Shown: in pieces, positions 1-14,500 of the stretch
How the letters are laid out: every line of letters starts with the position of its first letter
Position numbering within the stretch: the stretch's first letter is position 1
Assembly (NCBI GenBank): GCA_032718475.1
Contig: JAUCBJ010005164.1
Location: 9,064-73,063, forward strand
Reading direction: 5' to 3'
Length of the DNA stretch: 64,000 nt
Source: Nemertoderma westbladi
Taxonomy: Eukaryota > Animalia > Xenacoelomorpha
Position numbers and translations under genes: made by a program
The notes under the pieces: generated by a model
Database searches by the model: none
Seen by the model: only the letters and a program-made list of their open reading frames with translations
Told to the model about the DNA's origin: nothing

Positions 1-926
1 AAACCGTATTTTAGCATTTATTCGTATTATAATATTACTTATGCATTGCTATCCTATATATTTTCTATATCCTATTGTCATTTAGTAAGGATTAATATTA
101 TAGTGCAATTGAACCAGTTAATATAATGTATGTTTGTGGGATGGTTGCAATAGCTTAGAGCTAGTCGAGGCTACCATCTCACCAACTGACTATAATAGGA
201 AAGTACTGTACGTAGAAATTAAATTAAATATAAAACATAATGTTAGCAACAGGTATCATGTTCGATTTGTTTTTACGGAAATTCGCAGAGAATAGGATAC
301 ATCTGAATTTAAAAAGAAACTCAAATCATGGTTAAATTTGGCCGTTTAATTCAGGTTATATGGTCTATCAGATACTTTTTAAGGAGGATTTTAAAAATTT
401 GTTCCTTTTTTGCCTTACAAATGTTATTCGGTAGCGCATTCCAGAAAATAGGACCAGAAAATACCAGAGAAGGACTAGAAAATCTAGAATTCTAATTAAA
501 AAAAAACTAAAAATATTGGGTCCAATTCATAAATTGAAGAAGTTTGTAATATGATTAAAACCGATAAAGTGATCAGTTTTTCATGATTAGTACATATAAA
601 ATGGAATAAGACCATTTGAAAGAATATTTGCCATATCTTAGCTGATCGGGAGCCACGTAGGCAGATGTAGTAGGTATTGTAGTAAGCTGACATCAATAGA
701 CCTCAATAAGTCGGCAGCGAACCCACAGCACCCAATCTCGCTTTTCCCAGTCCGGGCCTCGCGTTTCTCGGTGTCTCAGATAACAATCAAATAAGGTGAT
801 TTATTGATTTTGTAGTTTTCCCGACAGTAAAAATAAACTATTAGACAATAAATTTCATATAATCGCGTAGGTACATGACAAATTTATTTAACAATTGACG
901 TAACAATAGAATAGAGAGAAACCTAC

Positions 927-3900
927 CGACACATATCCCTGAGATTGCCGAACGACTGAATCCAGGAACACAATCGCAAGTAATAGTGCCGGCTAGACTA
1001 ACTGATACACAGTACTCGTTGGCCGGGCAATGATCAGCGGGTATATCCGAACATTTCGGGTCGGCTGAAAAATAATTTAATATTAAAATTACTAAATTGG
1101 CTTCTATCGCATCCGCTAAGGAATATTAGTCGCATTATCTTTAACTTTGTAATTTTGTGTTGGTTTGCGAGTCAGTAACTAATTAACAGTATAAATAAAC
1201 TATCAGTGAATGATACTAAATAATATAGTAGGCCTACTACACAGACACCACATATCCTATGGGGAATACTTGCCTAGAAATTACGTTACATATTATTATT
1301 TTCCTATGCTTGCGAAATTATGCAGGTTAGTAAAGAAATGGGTTACAGGGACAGGGTGACGGAACCAAAACAACAAACAAGAACATCTACGTAGATGATG
1401 ACATCTACGGCTTACAAACTTCAAATACATTTGACATATTAAATTAAATTAATTACTTATTAAATTAGACAGTTTAATTAAAGTAACATATTTGAAACTG
1501 CATTGGTTAATTTTTTCCCCAACCACATATGTGATATACTTACGGTCACATCTAACGAATGCGTCGCCATGGAAACCGGGTTTACAAACGCAAGTAATTC
1601 CGCCTGGTGCGGATTCGTCTTCGACGCACATCGCATTGGCAACCTGACCACAGAGACCCCCTGGAAGAGAATGAGTTGCCATTAATATAGAGAGATACTA
1701 TAGAGGTAAATTTGTACAATAAATTCTTTGTGGATTAGAACAACGCAAGCGAGTAAGTACTTAGGGACAGTTTTGATCAAATCTCCCTTAACTCTAAATG
1801 GGTACTTAAGCTGGAATGAGCTGGAATAGTAACGGAAAATGTAGTTTTTTAAAGTCCTTGTTTTGAATACTTAAATTAAATTAATATAATTAAAACAATA
1901 ATTAATCAATGTTTCAGAGAGTCTATTCAGAAGCACAAAGACTGCACCCGGTACATACTGACCAGTCCCAAAGGACGCTCTACACCTTCTATACGTGTTG
2001 TGATGGTTTACTAAATGAAATGCGATGAGATCCTAGGATGAGTGCTTCAGAGAATCAAATGGAATTATAAATTATTTAGTTGTAGCAATAATGCAACATT
2101 TTAAGAATAAACCTACATTTTCAATTTTGTACAGTAAATAATTTTATTCACAATACAACAGAATAATAGTCTCGTGCCCACGTCAAACATTGTTACCAAT
2201 CCGTCTGAATGGTGTTACTCACCTGGTTCATTTTGACCATCACAAGGAAGCTCTATAAAGCACTCATCTGTCTCTGGGATGTAGATAGCGCCCGGTGGAC
2301 ACACACACTCAGGTTGTCCGTTATCGTTCACCTTGCAGACAGATTTCTTTGGACTGGTACACTTAATCCCATGACACGGTCCCGGAACTGAAAGGAATAG
2401 GTTAGAAACATTTACTCACTTAAGCTAGAGGTTACGAATGATTCCCCACCTAATTATTCATATCAAGTGAATTCATAATTAATAATTTGAGAGGGAGGGA
2501 ATGGGGAGTCGAACTTAATATGGTTACTTACAATCTCGTGAATACCTTCATGTCGATTTTATAGACTTACGTTCGCAATTTTTACCGTTCCCAAGTTTCG
2601 GAGGTACACACTGGCATCTGAAACCCCCGTCAGTGTTGATACAGATGGCATCGAAGGGATGGCAATCGTGTGTGTTCTCTGTACACTCGTTAATATCTGA
2701 AAATAAATACAATTATTCGTTTTAGTAAGTCAACGCAAAACAATTAACATCCACGTTAGAGATGAAAACGTCTGAAAAAAGTCAAGGAATTCCTTCATGC
2801 GAAACACCGACACCCGCCATTACTTAGACCGAAGTTTAGTTCGACAGTAATTAAATGCTCAGGGATATGATTCTTTAAAATACAATCTGTGGAGCAACTA
2901 GATTATTACATACAAGTACAACAGATATTGTTTTTGTTGCGCACACTAAAATTTATTACCCCGGTACAACATAATATATTTAAATACATAATAAGGTCAG
3001 TGTAATTGTTTACGAGTTCTGTATACAGAACTCGCCTTGATACATCTTTGTTAAAAAAAAAATGAAATAAAAAAAATGAAATAAAAAAAATGCAATTTAA
3101 AATGATTTCAAAAACGATATATATAATTATATTCTGATACAAATGATCCTAACCTTTACAGCCACTGGGGTGATCTCTGTAACCCGATGGACACAGGCAG
3201 GTGAACCCAGGGTCTTCGTTCACACACTCCTCTCCCGCGTTGCAATCGTGAGTGCCTTCCTCACACTCATCAATATCAACACATTCCAAGCCGTTCCCGA
3301 CAGCTCCTAAACACATATCGAAAAATAATAATAACATAAATTATGTAATGTGATAAATACTACAATTTCATAATTTTAAATCATTTTGTGTAAATTTGAT
3401 CATGTAAGTTGTGTCATTTAATTAAAATCCTGAGAAAATTATTTTAAACAATACGGGATTTCTTGTCTCACGAATAAGTTTGGAACCTCTTTAAATAAAA
3501 TAATTCATAACAATAAATAGTCTTACCGTCATTGCAAACACACAGGAATCCGGGAGCAGTGTTAGTGCAGGATGCCCGATCTGCACACGGGTGCTCCTCA
3601 CACTCGTTGATGTCGTCACATGCGGGTCCCTCGAACCCATTGCGACACTCACAGGAGTATGAACCAGGGTTGTTGGTGCAGGTAGCGACACCCACGCATG
3701 GGTTACTTGCACATTCATTTATGTCTGCAAATAAAAAATGTGCATAAATTATATACCATAAGGCCAACAGGCATAGAGACCAATGTAACTTAACAATTTG
3801 TTGGAAATATCAGGTTTCTTCCATTATTGGCTCAAGGGCCAATTAGCAGCATTGTAGGATACATGTAGGCTACTCTGAATATTGCTACATATTGTAGATC

Positions 3901-6900
3901 GCGTATTGCGTGTGTAGCTATGCATGCAATGTACTGTTTGTGTTTGAACACATGTTTTTTTTATGCAATATAAGTAGGGCACTCACTGACCATAGTCCAT
4001 AATAATTCAATGCTGTAAAACACTAATCTAAATATGGAAATTTTGTTGGTAAAAACCAACTAAATATTATCGATATTTGTTTGTGCATTTAAATTGTTTT
4101 TGTCCCCATGAAATTGGAATCTCAGTAAGAATCAATGTTCATATAAACAACAGTTTTATCAAACTAACTAAACACATACCTCACAATTAAATGACATATT
4201 TATGAACAAATTGAATTTGTTTCAGTTTGTTTGGGGGTGGTGGATATGGTGTAATCAGCTTACCATAGCAGAAGAAACCATCTCCACTATAACCGGGATA
4301 ACATTCACACGTGTAGCCATCTGGTTGGTCAATACAGTTGGCCAAAGCGTGACAGTGGTTGAGAGAACTGAAAGGAATAAATAAAGCAAATCCTGTGACA
4401 TTCAAATAAGGTTCAGTAATTTTGAGCTTGAAGCTTTTTTAATTAAGTTCCCGTTGTCAACTTGTCACCACACTTGTCAACAGTCAAGTCTGGTATATGT
4501 ACCAGTTGGTATATTATAAATCAGTCTGACCCAACTATACGCTGTCGTACGAGTTGGTATAGAAACCAGTCTCACCTGTCTAGACACTCGTTAACTGGGT
4601 CGCAAGTAATTCCATCCCCATCGAAACCGGGGTTGCATTCACAAGTTGGGGTTCCATCTCTTCTTACACAAACGGCATCTGGGCTGCACGTTCCCTGATA
4701 AAGGAAGCAGAATATAACAATACCTTAGACAAAACACAAAGAACATGTTGAGTTACGTAATATTACTATAAGCATTGCATACTACACAATGTACGTAAAC
4801 CAACGAAATCAAATAATTTAATTAATTACACTCACCCCGCAGTTATCGTCAAGGTTGCAGGCGAACCCATTGCCAACGTAACCGGGATTGCAGAAGCAGT
4901 CGAAGGAGCCTGGATTGTCTACGCATTGAGCATTGCTGGAGCAACCGTGCTGACCAGTAGAACATTCATCAACCTCTGAAAAACAAAATAAAGTGCTAAA
5001 AATTATATGTAAAATCAAAATTATAATAGCAGACAATTTGTATTGGACACAATTATTTTATCTGACTGAATAACATTAATTGCACTGATAAAGCAGTACA
5101 TGGTCAGCACAGCAAACTTTATGAGTATTGAGCTATCACCGTGAGGACTAGCCAGTGCATAATCTCGGACTTCCGTGGCCTCATGGAGTGAATAAGCATG
5201 GTGGACAGCCAACCCATGACTCTCTTGAGACGCCCCTTAATGGACACTGGCCTTATGATGCACCCTATGATGCGGATGATCTATCAAATGTCATGGGTGA
5301 TAGGGAGTTGTGGCGGCGCAATTTTGTCGATAAGCCGGCACAGCATTCTTATGTAATATAGATAATGCAGCTGCAATGCAGCATGCCGATAGTAGTAGTA
5401 GTAGTAGTATGAGTATCGACTATCTCAAGAGAACAATAACTCACCAACGCAATTGTGTCCATTACCGGCGTATCCAGATTTACACGTGCAGCTGTATCCT
5501 CCGTCTGTATTCTTGCAGTCTGCGTTCACGTGGCACGGATATGGGCCTTCTGTGCATTCATCCACGTCTCTACAAGCACCTCCTGTAACAGTAACACCTC
5601 CTGTAACTGCTTGAGTATGTAGATTTACTGCTTTAGTATAGGTTTCATGTTTGAGTCTGATGTTTACTGCTTGAGTATGTATGTTTAATATTTGAGTCTG
5701 TATGTTTACTGCTGAGCCTGTAGGTTTCATGTTTGAGTCTGTAGGTTTACAGCTTTAGTCTGTAGGTTTTTCTGCTTGAGCGTGGATTTAATAAAACAGT
5801 AGGTTCCTCTATTCATTCAGTTGTTCAATCTTCTTGATTTATGATTTTGTATATAATATAATATTCTAAGGCATAGTTTACAGTTACTACGTTAATAACT
5901 AGCGTACGGATATAGCTTTACCGCTGTACTCTGAACTCGCTAGTCTTTCTGGAGATCTCTATGTTTTTCCTATATTGCTTAAGATTTGACTCTGGTTCGA
6001 ACGCACACACAAACATAATAAAACATTGTACCTCCAATTCCAGTGTAGCCGGCATCGCATGTACAAGAATAGGAACCCTGGCTGTTGGTACAGACGTTGT
6101 TGGGAGCGCAGGAACCCTGGTTAGCCAGACATTCATTGATATCAACACATTCATGTCCGCGACCAATGTAACCTAGGAAACAATAATAATAATATCTACT
6201 ATAATAAGTCGGAAACATAGGAGATGTCATTACGTCACGAAAATCGTATTAAACAAAAACCATATTATATATACAGTTATCTCGCTTACCGTCATCGCAA
6301 ACACATCTTGGGCCGTGGATGGAATCCTCACAGTGAGCATTGGCCTGGCACTCCTGGACCTCCTGGCACTGGTCTTGAGGATCGCAGGCTATCTTGCCAT
6401 CGCCATAGAAACCGTCCTGGCAATTACACCGGAAGCCACCCGCTATGTTCTCGCAGTCCGCCAATGCATGACACTGGCTGGCACCGGCGCACTCATCCAC
6501 ATCTGTATAAAAGCGAATAGATTTTAAAAGCTAAAATTATTTTAATTGCAAATTTATATATTATATTTTGATTAATTTATTCTGGAATCATACCGATCTG
6601 ATGGTGATGTCATATGTTCACTAAACAGACTCTAGTTGGCGTAAGTTACATACGATATTTCATGGAGCTGTGCAAGAAAATAGGAGAAGCAACTTTCGAC
6701 GCTCAAAACTTCACTATTAGTGAACAAAATTCAGATTATATGACGATTTAGATTCTGAAAATGCCACCTCTTCCAACATTGCGATCCGTCAAGCTGTGAG
6801 TAAGTAGACTGGTTTAATACTGACTGGGAAAGTTAAATCTAACTGATACTCACATTTTCACCGATATATCATGGACAAAGAATCCTACTGGATCGAAAAT

Positions 6901-8581
6901 GTCAATATAGAGTATCAACCACTCGATCGTATTTAACAATATAATCCCATTCTCATGTGCGATAATACTTAGGTTTATATTTTACTGTCAACGTTCAAAT
7001 AAAATAAAGATTTGTTTGTAAATGAAAAATAAAATTCAAATAGATATGAATTTACGAATTCAATTAATCCAATAGACTCACCTGTACAAGTAGTCCCATC
7101 TCCTTGGTAACCAGGGAGACAAACACACTGGGGTACGTTATTTACTTCGGTGCATCGAGCCGCAACGGGACAGTTCAATATGTGCGTTGTGCAATCGCTA
7201 GCAACTAAAAATAAATTGATATGGTCGTATAAGACAAAAATGTTTGAATTATTACTACAAAATGTTTGAATTATTACTACAAAATGTTTGAATTATTACT
7301 ACAAAATGTTTGAATTATTACTACAAAATGTTTGAATTATTACTACTCCAGTACATTTATCTAAATATTTGTCAAAATGAAATATATGAAAATATATTTC
7401 AGGTTATTTGCGCTCCTTCACTACGTTCGTTTGTGTAAAGAACCACTCGGATCAGCAAACTATAAAGTGGTCATCACACAGACTACTACAGTAGCTGTAT
7501 TGCTACCTAAACGAGTGACAATACAGCTATAATTAAAGTTACAGATACATTAATATATATTTTGTGACTAATAATGAAATGTACCAGAATAGGCCTCTGT
7601 GTACAACAGCTGCGGCAACAAATAGGTCGATTTACTTACGAGTACAGGTTCTCCCGTCTCCATCGTAACCGTCGGGACAGGAACATATCCAACCCCCGTC
7701 TGTGTTCGCACAAATACCGTTGTCTGGATCGCAGTCGTCTGCCAGATCAGCGCACTCATCAATGTCCGAGCAATCGTGACCGTCGCCCTGGTAACCATCG
7801 TGACACTCACAGTAATAGGAGCCGTCCAGATTGTGGCAATCAGCGTCGGCACTGAAAAAATATACAAGAATCGGACATATTAATCGGTGACAAAAATAAT
7901 TTATTCAAAGAAAGGCATTTTTTATTCAATCACAACCATTGTTAATTATGAGAGTGGAAAAAGGAACAAATGTCGACCAACCTACACTAATTACCACCAA
8001 CCTACACTAATTACCATCAACCTGCACTAAAGACCACCCACCTGCACTAATTTACCACCAACCTACACTATTTACAACTAACCTACACTACTACTACTAC
8101 TACTAGGATCGGCATGCTGCATTGCAGCTGCATTTTTAAGAATGCTGTGCCGGCTTGTCAACAAAACCTACACTAATTACCACCAACCTACACTAATTAC
8201 CACCAACCTGCACTAATGACCACCCACCTGCACTAATTTACCACCAACCTACACTATTTACAACTAACCTACACTAATTACCACCAACCTACACTAATTA
8301 CCACCAACCTGGACTAATGACCACCCACCTGCACTAATTACCACCAACCTGCACCAATTACACCCACCTGCAATCATTTGCAAGACTACATTCATCAATA
8401 TCAACGCATTCGCTATTCAGCATCTCATAACCGATGTCGCAGGCGCATTCGTAGCTACCTATAGTGTCGATACAGTGACCGTTCTGGGTAGGACATTGGT
8501 TCTGATGGTTGCACTCATTAGTATTGAAACAGAACCTTCCATTACCATAGTAACCAGGCGGACAGATACAATCATATGACC
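927..8581 (-). CDS. Host gene EGF exons (8368-8581, 7640-7851, 7082-7204, 6290-6502, 6032-6172, 5445-5582, 4836-4975, 4576-4694, 4264-4367, 3527-3724, 3154-3306, 2571-2696, 2223-2387, 1544-1660, 927-1064)
   Basis: All have AG/GT borders and phase-compatible joins giving continuous EGF cysteine spacing. Confidence 0.87.
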
Positions 8582-11500
8582 CTGCACATATAATAGATGC
8601 AAAACGTTTATTAATTATTGATATTGATCATGACATTCAAGTCCAAGTACTTCGCAACTAATAGACGACAGGTTGCGTTCTCACCAGTGTAGATGATAGT
8701 CGAGGCAGTTAAAACTGAGATCCATCATACGATGTATCCGAATTCGGGGGAATACCCCACTCTATACTACTACCTACCCTCGGTATTGGCGCAGTGAGAT
8801 ACCTACTCTATACTACTACCTACCCTCGGTATTGGCGCAGTGAGCTACCTACTCTATACTACTACCTACCCTCGGTATTGGCGCAGTGAGCTACCTACTC
8901 TATACTACTACCTACCCTCGGTATTGGCGCAGTGAGCTACCTACTCTATACTACTACCTACCCTCGGTATTGGCGCAGTGAGCTACCTACTCTATACTAC
9001 TACCTACCCTCGGTATTGGCGCAGTGAGCTACCTACTCTATACTACTACCTACCCTCGGTATTGGCGCAGTGAGCTACCTACTCTATACTACTACCTACC
9101 CTCGGTATTGGCGCAGTGAGCTACCTACTCTATACTACTACCTACCGTCGGTATTGGCGCAGTGAGCTACCTACTCTATACTACTACCCACCCTCGGTAT
9201 TGGCGCAGTGAGCTACCTACTCTATACTACTACCTACCCTCGGTATTGGCGCAGTGAGCTACCTACTCTATACTACTACCTACCCTCGGTATTGGCGCAG
9301 TGAGCTACCTACTCTATACTACTACCTACCTACCCTCGGTATTGGCGCAGTGAGCTACCTACTCTATACTACTACCCACCCTCGGTATTGGCGCAGTGAG
9401 CTACCTACTCTATACTACTACCTACCTACCCTCGGTATTGGTACAGTGAGCTACGTACTCTATACTACTACCTACCCTCGGTATTGACGCAGTGAGCTAC
9501 CTACTCTATACTACTACCTACCCTCGGTATTGGTGCAGTGAGCTACCTACTCTATACTACTACCTACCCTCGGTATTGGCGCAGTGAGCTACCTACTCTA
9601 TACTACTACCTACCCTCGGTATTGGCGCAGTGAGCTACCTACTCTATACTACTACCTACCCTCGGTATTGGCGCAGTGAGCTACCTACTCTATACTACTA
9701 CCTACCCTCGGTATTGGCGCAGTGAGCTACCTACTCTATACTACTGCCTACCCTCGGTATTGGCGCAGTGAGCTACCTACTCTATACTACTACCTACCCT
9801 CGGTATTGGCGCAGTGAGCTACCTACTCTATACTACTACCTACCCTCGGTATTGGCGCAGTGAGCTACCTACTCTATACTACTACCTACCCTCGGTATTG
9901 GCGCAGTGAGCTACCTACTCTATACTACTACCTACCAACCCTCGGTATTGGCGCAGTGAGCTACCTACTCTATACTACTACCAACCCTCGGTATTGGCGC
10001 AGTGAGCTACCTACTCTATACTACTACCTACCCTCGGTATTGGCGCAGTGAGCTACCTACTCTATACTACTACCTACCCTCGGTATTGGCGCAGTGAGCT
10101 ACCTACTCTATACTACTACCTACCCTCGGTATTGGCGCAGTGAGCTACCTACTCTATACTACTGCCTACCCTCGGTATTGGCGCAGTGAGCTACCTACTC
10201 TATACTACTACCTACCCTCGGTATTGGCGCAGTGAGCTACCTACTCTATACTACTACCTACCCTCGGTATTGGTGCAGTGAGCTACCTACTCTATACTAC
10301 TACCTACCTACCCTCGGTATTGGCGCAGTGAGCTACCTACTCTATACTACTACCCACCCTCGGTATTGGCGCAGTGAGCTACCTACTCTATACTACTACC
10401 TACCTACCCTCGGTATTGGCGCAGTGAGCTACCTACTCTATACTACTACCTACCATCGGTATTGGCGCAGTGAGCTACCTACTCTATACTACTACCCACC
10501 CTCGGTATTGGCGCAGTGAGCTACCTACTCTATACTACTACCTACCTACCCTCGGTATTGGCGCAGTGAGCTACCTACTCTATACTACTACCTACCCTCG
10601 GTATTGGCGCAGTGAGCTACCTACTCTATACTACTACCTAACATCGGTATTGGTGCAGTGAGCTACCTACTCTATACTACTACCTACCCTCGGTATTGGC
10701 GCAGTGAGCTACCTACTCTATACTACTACCTACCCTCGGTATTGGTACAGTGAGCTACCTACTCTATACTACTACCTACCCTCGGTATTGGCGCAGTGAG
10801 CTACCTACTCTATACTACTACCTACCCTCGGTATTGGCGCAGTGAGCTACCTACTCTATACTACTACCTACCAACCCTCGGTATTGGCGCAGTGAGCTAC
10901 CTACTCTATACTACTACCTACCCTCGGTATTGGCGCAGTGAGCTACCTACTCTATACTACTACCTACCCTCGGTATTGGCGCAGTGAGCTACCTACTCTA
11001 TACTACTACCTACCCTCGGTATTGGCGCAGTGAGCTACCTACTCTATACTACTACCTACCCTCGGTATTGGCGCAGTGAGCTACCTACTCTATACTACTA
11101 CCTACCAACCCTCGGTATTGGCGCAGTGAGCTACCTACTCTATACTACTACCTACCCTCGGTATTGGCGCAGTGAGCTACCTACTCTATACTACTACCTA
11201 CCCTCGTTATTGGCGCAGTGAGCTACCTAATCTATACTACTACCTACCCTCGGTATTGGCGCAGTGAGCTACCTACTCTATACTACTACCTACCCTCGGT
11301 ATTGGCGCAGTGAGCTACCTACTCTATACTACTACCTACCCTCGGTATTGGCGCAGTGAGCTACCTACTCTATACTACTACCTACCCTCGGTATTGGTAC
11401 AGTGAGCTACCTACTCTATACTACTACCTACCCTCGGTATTGGCGCAGTGAGCTACCTACTCTATACTACTACCTACCCTCGGTATTGGCGCAGTGAGCT

Positions 11501-14500
11501 ACCTACTCTATACTACTACCTACCCTCGGTATTGGCGCAGTGAGCTACCTACTCTATACTACTACCTACCCTCGGTATTGGCGCAGTGAGCTACCTACTC
11601 TATACTACTACCTACCCTCGGTATTGGCGCAGTGAGCTACCTACTCTATACTACTACCTACCCTCGGTATTGGCGCAGTGAGCTACCTACTCTATACTAC
11701 TACCTACCCTCGGTATTGGCGCAGTGAGCTACCTACTCTATACTACTACCTACCCTCGGTATTGGCGCAGTGAGCTACCTACTCTATACTACTACCTACC
11801 CTCGGTATTGGCGCAGTGAGCTACCTACTCTATACTACTACCTACCCTCGGTATTGGCGCAGTGAGCTACCTACTCTATACTACTACCTACCCTCGGTAT
11901 TGGCGCAGTGAGCTACCTACTCTATACTACTACCTACCCTCGGTATTGGCGCAGTGAGCTACCTACTCTATACTACTGCCTACCCTCGGTATTGGCGCAG
12001 TGAGCTACCTACTCTATACTACTACCTACCCTCGGTATTGGCGCAGTGAGCTACCTACTCTATACTACTACCTACCCTCGGTATTGGCGCAGTGAGCTAC
12101 CTACTCTATACTACTACCTACCCTCGGTATTGGTACAGTGAGCTACCTACTCTATACTACTACCTACCCTCGGTATTGGCGCAGTGAGCTACCTACTCTA
12201 TACTACTACCTACCCTCGGTATTGGCGCAGTGAGCTACCTACTCTATACTACTACCTACCCTCGGTATTGGCGCAGTGAGCTACCTACTCTATACTACTA
12301 CCTACCCTCAGTATTGGCGCAGTGAGCTACCTACTCTATACTACTACCTACCCTCGGTATTGGCGCAGTGAGCTACCTAGTCTATACTACTACCTACCCT
12401 CGGTATTGGTGCAGTGAGCTACCTACTCTATACTACTACCTACCCTCGGTATTGGCGCAGTGAGCTACCTACTCTATACTACTACCTACCCTCGGTATTG
12501 GCGCAGTGAGCTACCTACTCTATACTACTGCCTACCCTCGGTATTGGCGCAGTGAGCTACCTACTCTATACTACTGCCTACCCTCGGTATTGGCGCAGTG
12601 AGCTACCTACTCTATACTACTACCTACCCTCGGTATTGGCGCAGTGAGCTACCTACTCTATACTACTGCCTACCCTCGGTATTGGCGCAGTGAGCTACCT
12701 ACTCTATACTACTACCTACCCTCGGTATTGGCGCAGTGAGCTACCTACTCTATACTACTACCTACCCTCGGTATTGGCGCAGTGAGCTACCTACTCTATA
12801 CTACTACCTACCCTCGGTATTGGCGCAGTGAGCTACCTACTCTATACTACTACCTACCCTCGGTATTGGCGCAGTGAGCTACCTACTCTATACTACTACC
12901 TACCCTCGGTATTGGCGCAGTGAGCTACCTACTCTATACTACTACCTACCCTCGGTATTGGCACAGTGTGCCAGATGGTCGCACTGATGGGCACCAGTTT
13001 TGCACTCATTGACATCCTTACAGAAGTCGCAGTGACCTTGGTAGCCAGGACGACACTGACATATAAACCCTGGATCTTGGTCTATGCACTCAGCCTTACT
13101 GTCGCAGTTATGTGTCCCATCATCACATTCGTTGATATCTAACACAAGAATAAATTGATTAAAACAAAGTAGAAGTAGAAATCACTTTTCGACGAAGTTA
13201 TCCAATCGTGTATCAACACCTCCACTAAAGATAAACACTACATATGCTAACAGTAATATTATAATTTGAATAATACCAACTTTCGCACTGTCTTCCGGGA
13301 GGACTTCCAATCGATCTGTAACCGTCTTTACACTGACAAGTGTAACCCCCATTGTTGTTTATGCAATGAGCATTGTCGTCACAGTCATCCGTGCCAAGAC
13401 CGCATTCATCGATGTCTACAATGTCAGTAATAAACACAATAATTATGTCCTACATATTTTATATATTTTAAATAATATCCAATGAATACGCTTTAATTAG
13501 TTACATAATTTATATTCTGCAAATTACATATTATACTGTATATAAAACCGTGCTATTCTTGTTAATTTTTGCGTTAGGGTGGGAGGAACTTCTGTAACAT
13601 AGGCCCTATATAAAATAATGATTCGTACCGTTAAATAAGTTGTTGGTTCCAACGACTACTCGAGCCCCCAGCTCGCTCGTACCAAAGTTACTTACCGATA
13701 CACTGAACTCCCCCGCTCGTACCGGGTGCGTCGGTGTACCCAGGACGGCACTCACAGTAGAACCCGGGCTCTGTGTTCGTGCATTCAGCATTCTCGTGGC
13801 AATTGTGCAGGTTGGATGTACATTCGTTTATATCTGAGGAAAATTTTAGAAACATTAATTATAAGAAACTCATTGATCAGTATTGTTTACAGGATTTGAC
13901 TACATCTCTATCAACCCATTTGGATACTAACCCTCACACTGGGTACCGTCACCAGAGAATCCCGGTTTACATTGACAATGATACCCTGGAATATCGTTGA
14001 TGCAGATCGCATTATCGTCGCAGTTGTTTCCGTTCGGAAGTTCCCGTCGCCGTCGGCGATCTGTTATCTCATCGTCCACACACTCGTTGATATCGTCACA
14101 ACTCCGGCCGTCGCCAGTAAAACCTAAAAAGAAAATCCGAAGAAAATATATAAAATACGACAAATTTATGAACCACAATAAACAATAAAATCAATTATTC
14201 GCTTCTGTTACTGATATTGTGTTGTTAATCCAAAGTCATTTTTCGTATTTTTCGTATGTTCAATTTTCCCAGTTTTTCGTATTATTCCAAATAAAAAATA
14301 AAAAAAAACAAGTTGTTAGGGAGTACAGATGTTTGATTTCGAGGCAATACAGACAATTAAGCTATTAAGGTAATTCATGGGCGCTCCCAACAAAACGTAC
14401 CTAAATATTACTGAAAGCATTTAAATAAACATAAATCTACGCACTTCGGTGGCTGAATGTGGCCAATTCCATTAATATCACATTCAGCCAAACCAACGTA

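Noticed and set aside
8757-12968. CRISPR-like appearance of the regular arrays (also 28686-31807 and 53313-58877)
   Set aside because: Units are head-to-tail with no unique spacers, there are no cas genes, and the context is a spliceosomal eukaryotic gene.
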